Source: Candidatus Cloacimonadales bacterium
Lineage (GTDB): Bacteria > Cloacimonadota > Cloacimonadia > Cloacimonadales > JAFGVF01
DNA length: 64,000 nt
Assembly (NCBI GenBank): GCA_963678315.1
Contig: OY782781.1
Coordinates: 2,924,752 to 2,988,751 of the forward strand
Direction of reading: 5' to 3'
Shown: positions 63,255-64,000 of the stretch, piece by piece
Layout of the letters: each line of letters opens with the position of its first letter
How positions within the stretch are numbered: the first letter of the stretch is position 1
Program-made: the position numbers and the translations under genes
Notes under the pieces: generated by a model
What the model saw: only the letters and a program-made list of their open reading frames with translations
What the model was told of the DNA's origin: nothing
Database searches by the model: none

Positions 63255-64000
63255 ATGACTTTTTTTAGAATTTCAACTATCTTAGTATTTTGCTTTTTTA
63301 CATTTAGCTTATTTAGTAATGTAGATTTTGAAAGTTCCGATTATTTCGGAATTTCAGATTCTCCTCTAAATTACAACAAAAGTATGTTTGTCAGAAATAA
63401 TCAATTAATCTCAGAAACAGCATTTGGAATAAATTTTAAACAAATAAATGGTGATGGTTCTCTAGAAAACTTGTGCTCTCTTAGATGTGACAGTCTTAGC
63501 AGTTTTGTTGCATCTAATAATTATATAGGTATATATTATGGTCATTATAACGACCTAGATGATCTCTACCATCTTGTAATCTATGATATTAGTGATTTAA
63601 ATAATATCCATGAGTTATTCACAATTGATATTGATACATATAATTTAGAACCAAATGCTCATATAAGTAATAGTATTATGGCAGTTAGGGTGAGTGAATA
63701 TGAGACTAAAATGTATAATCTTGAAACAGGTCAGATTATAAATACTTCTACGACATATTACCCTGAAAGCTATCAGAATAATTATAATGAAAAAGGACTT
63801 TATCGAAATTGGAACACTGGCCAATCTGTAGTATGTAGATTGGAGCAAGATGGTTCATTAACAGAATTAGGATCATTAGGAATTGGAAGATTTAAATTTG
63901 TAATTTCTAATAATAAATTAGCTGCCTGTAATTTTGATACTTATAAATTGCAACTATATGATTTAGACGAGAATAATACTCTTTCTCAAATTGGTGAATT
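63255..64000 (+). CDS. Large secreted protein, cassette 6 (type B''), truncated by the window edge
   Basis: AGGAGG RBS, MTFFRISTILVFCF..., homologous to 50988 and 57098, open to the window end. Confidence 0.85.
   Translation, partial: MTFFRISTILVFCFFTFSLFSNVDFESSDYFGISDSPLNYNKSMFVRNNQLISETAFGINFKQINGDGSLENLCSLRCDSLSSFVASNNYIGIYYGHYNDLDDLYHLVIYDISDLNNIHELFTIDIDTYNLEPNAHISNSIMAVRVSEYETKMYNLETGQIINTSTTYYPESYQNNYNEKGLYRNWNTGQSVVCRLEQDGSLTELGSLGIGRFKFVISNNKLAACNFDTYKLQLYDLDENNTLSQIGE

Larger units (their letters stand above)
47219..64000 (+). repeat. Tandem array of at least 6 two-gene cassettes (~3.0-3.1 kb period) with constant flanks and variable payloads
   Basis: A near-identical leader and signal peptide precede small genes at 47564, 50590, 53661, 56699, 59773 and 62853. 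A near-identical CTD and terminator end the large genes at 50183, 53258, 56294, 59368 and 62448. Confidence 0.97.

Noticed and set aside
47219..64000. Diversity-generating retroelement behind the paralogue variation
   Set aside because: No reverse transcriptase in the window. Differences between B alleles are not adenine-restricted and lie N-terminally, while the C-terminus is the constant part.
47219..64000. Integron cassette array
   Set aside because: No intI and no convincing attC (RYYYAAC...GTTRRRY) structure seen. Each unit has its own promoter, and the shared block includes coding sequence.

Overview
AT-rich bacterial chromosome segment, most likely from Candidatus Cloacimonadota. This is inferred from a Kce closely resembling the Cloacimonas enzyme next to a Kat-like transaminase and from many secreted proteins with a FlgD-Ig/T9SS-like C-terminal domain (CTD). 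1-5.4 kb: a tyrosine-integrase C-terminal relic, a 1222-aa nuclease + P-loop NTPase defence candidate, a frameshifted GIY-YIG gene, a 125-bp tandem repeat and tmRNA (tag ANENYALAA). 5.5-47 kb: mostly housekeeping and metabolic genes (rnhB, pdxA-methyltransferase fusion, pyrE, kat/kce, miaA, mutL, thiM/E/D-tenA, rRNA methyltransferases, fbp, a 4-gene uncharacterised membrane cluster, ppdK), interspersed with modular palindromic REP/MITE-like repeats. 47.2-64 kb, the most striking part: a tandem array of at least six ~3.0-3.1-kb cassettes. In each, a near-invariant ~770-bp block (CTD coding sequence, terminator, promoter, leader ORF with a length-variable (TA)n tract, inverted repeat, signal peptide) brackets a variable payload made of a small secreted protein and a ~750-aa secreted protein. 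Payload order is A-B-C-B'-D-B'', and the B alleles show mosaicism consistent with gene conversion.
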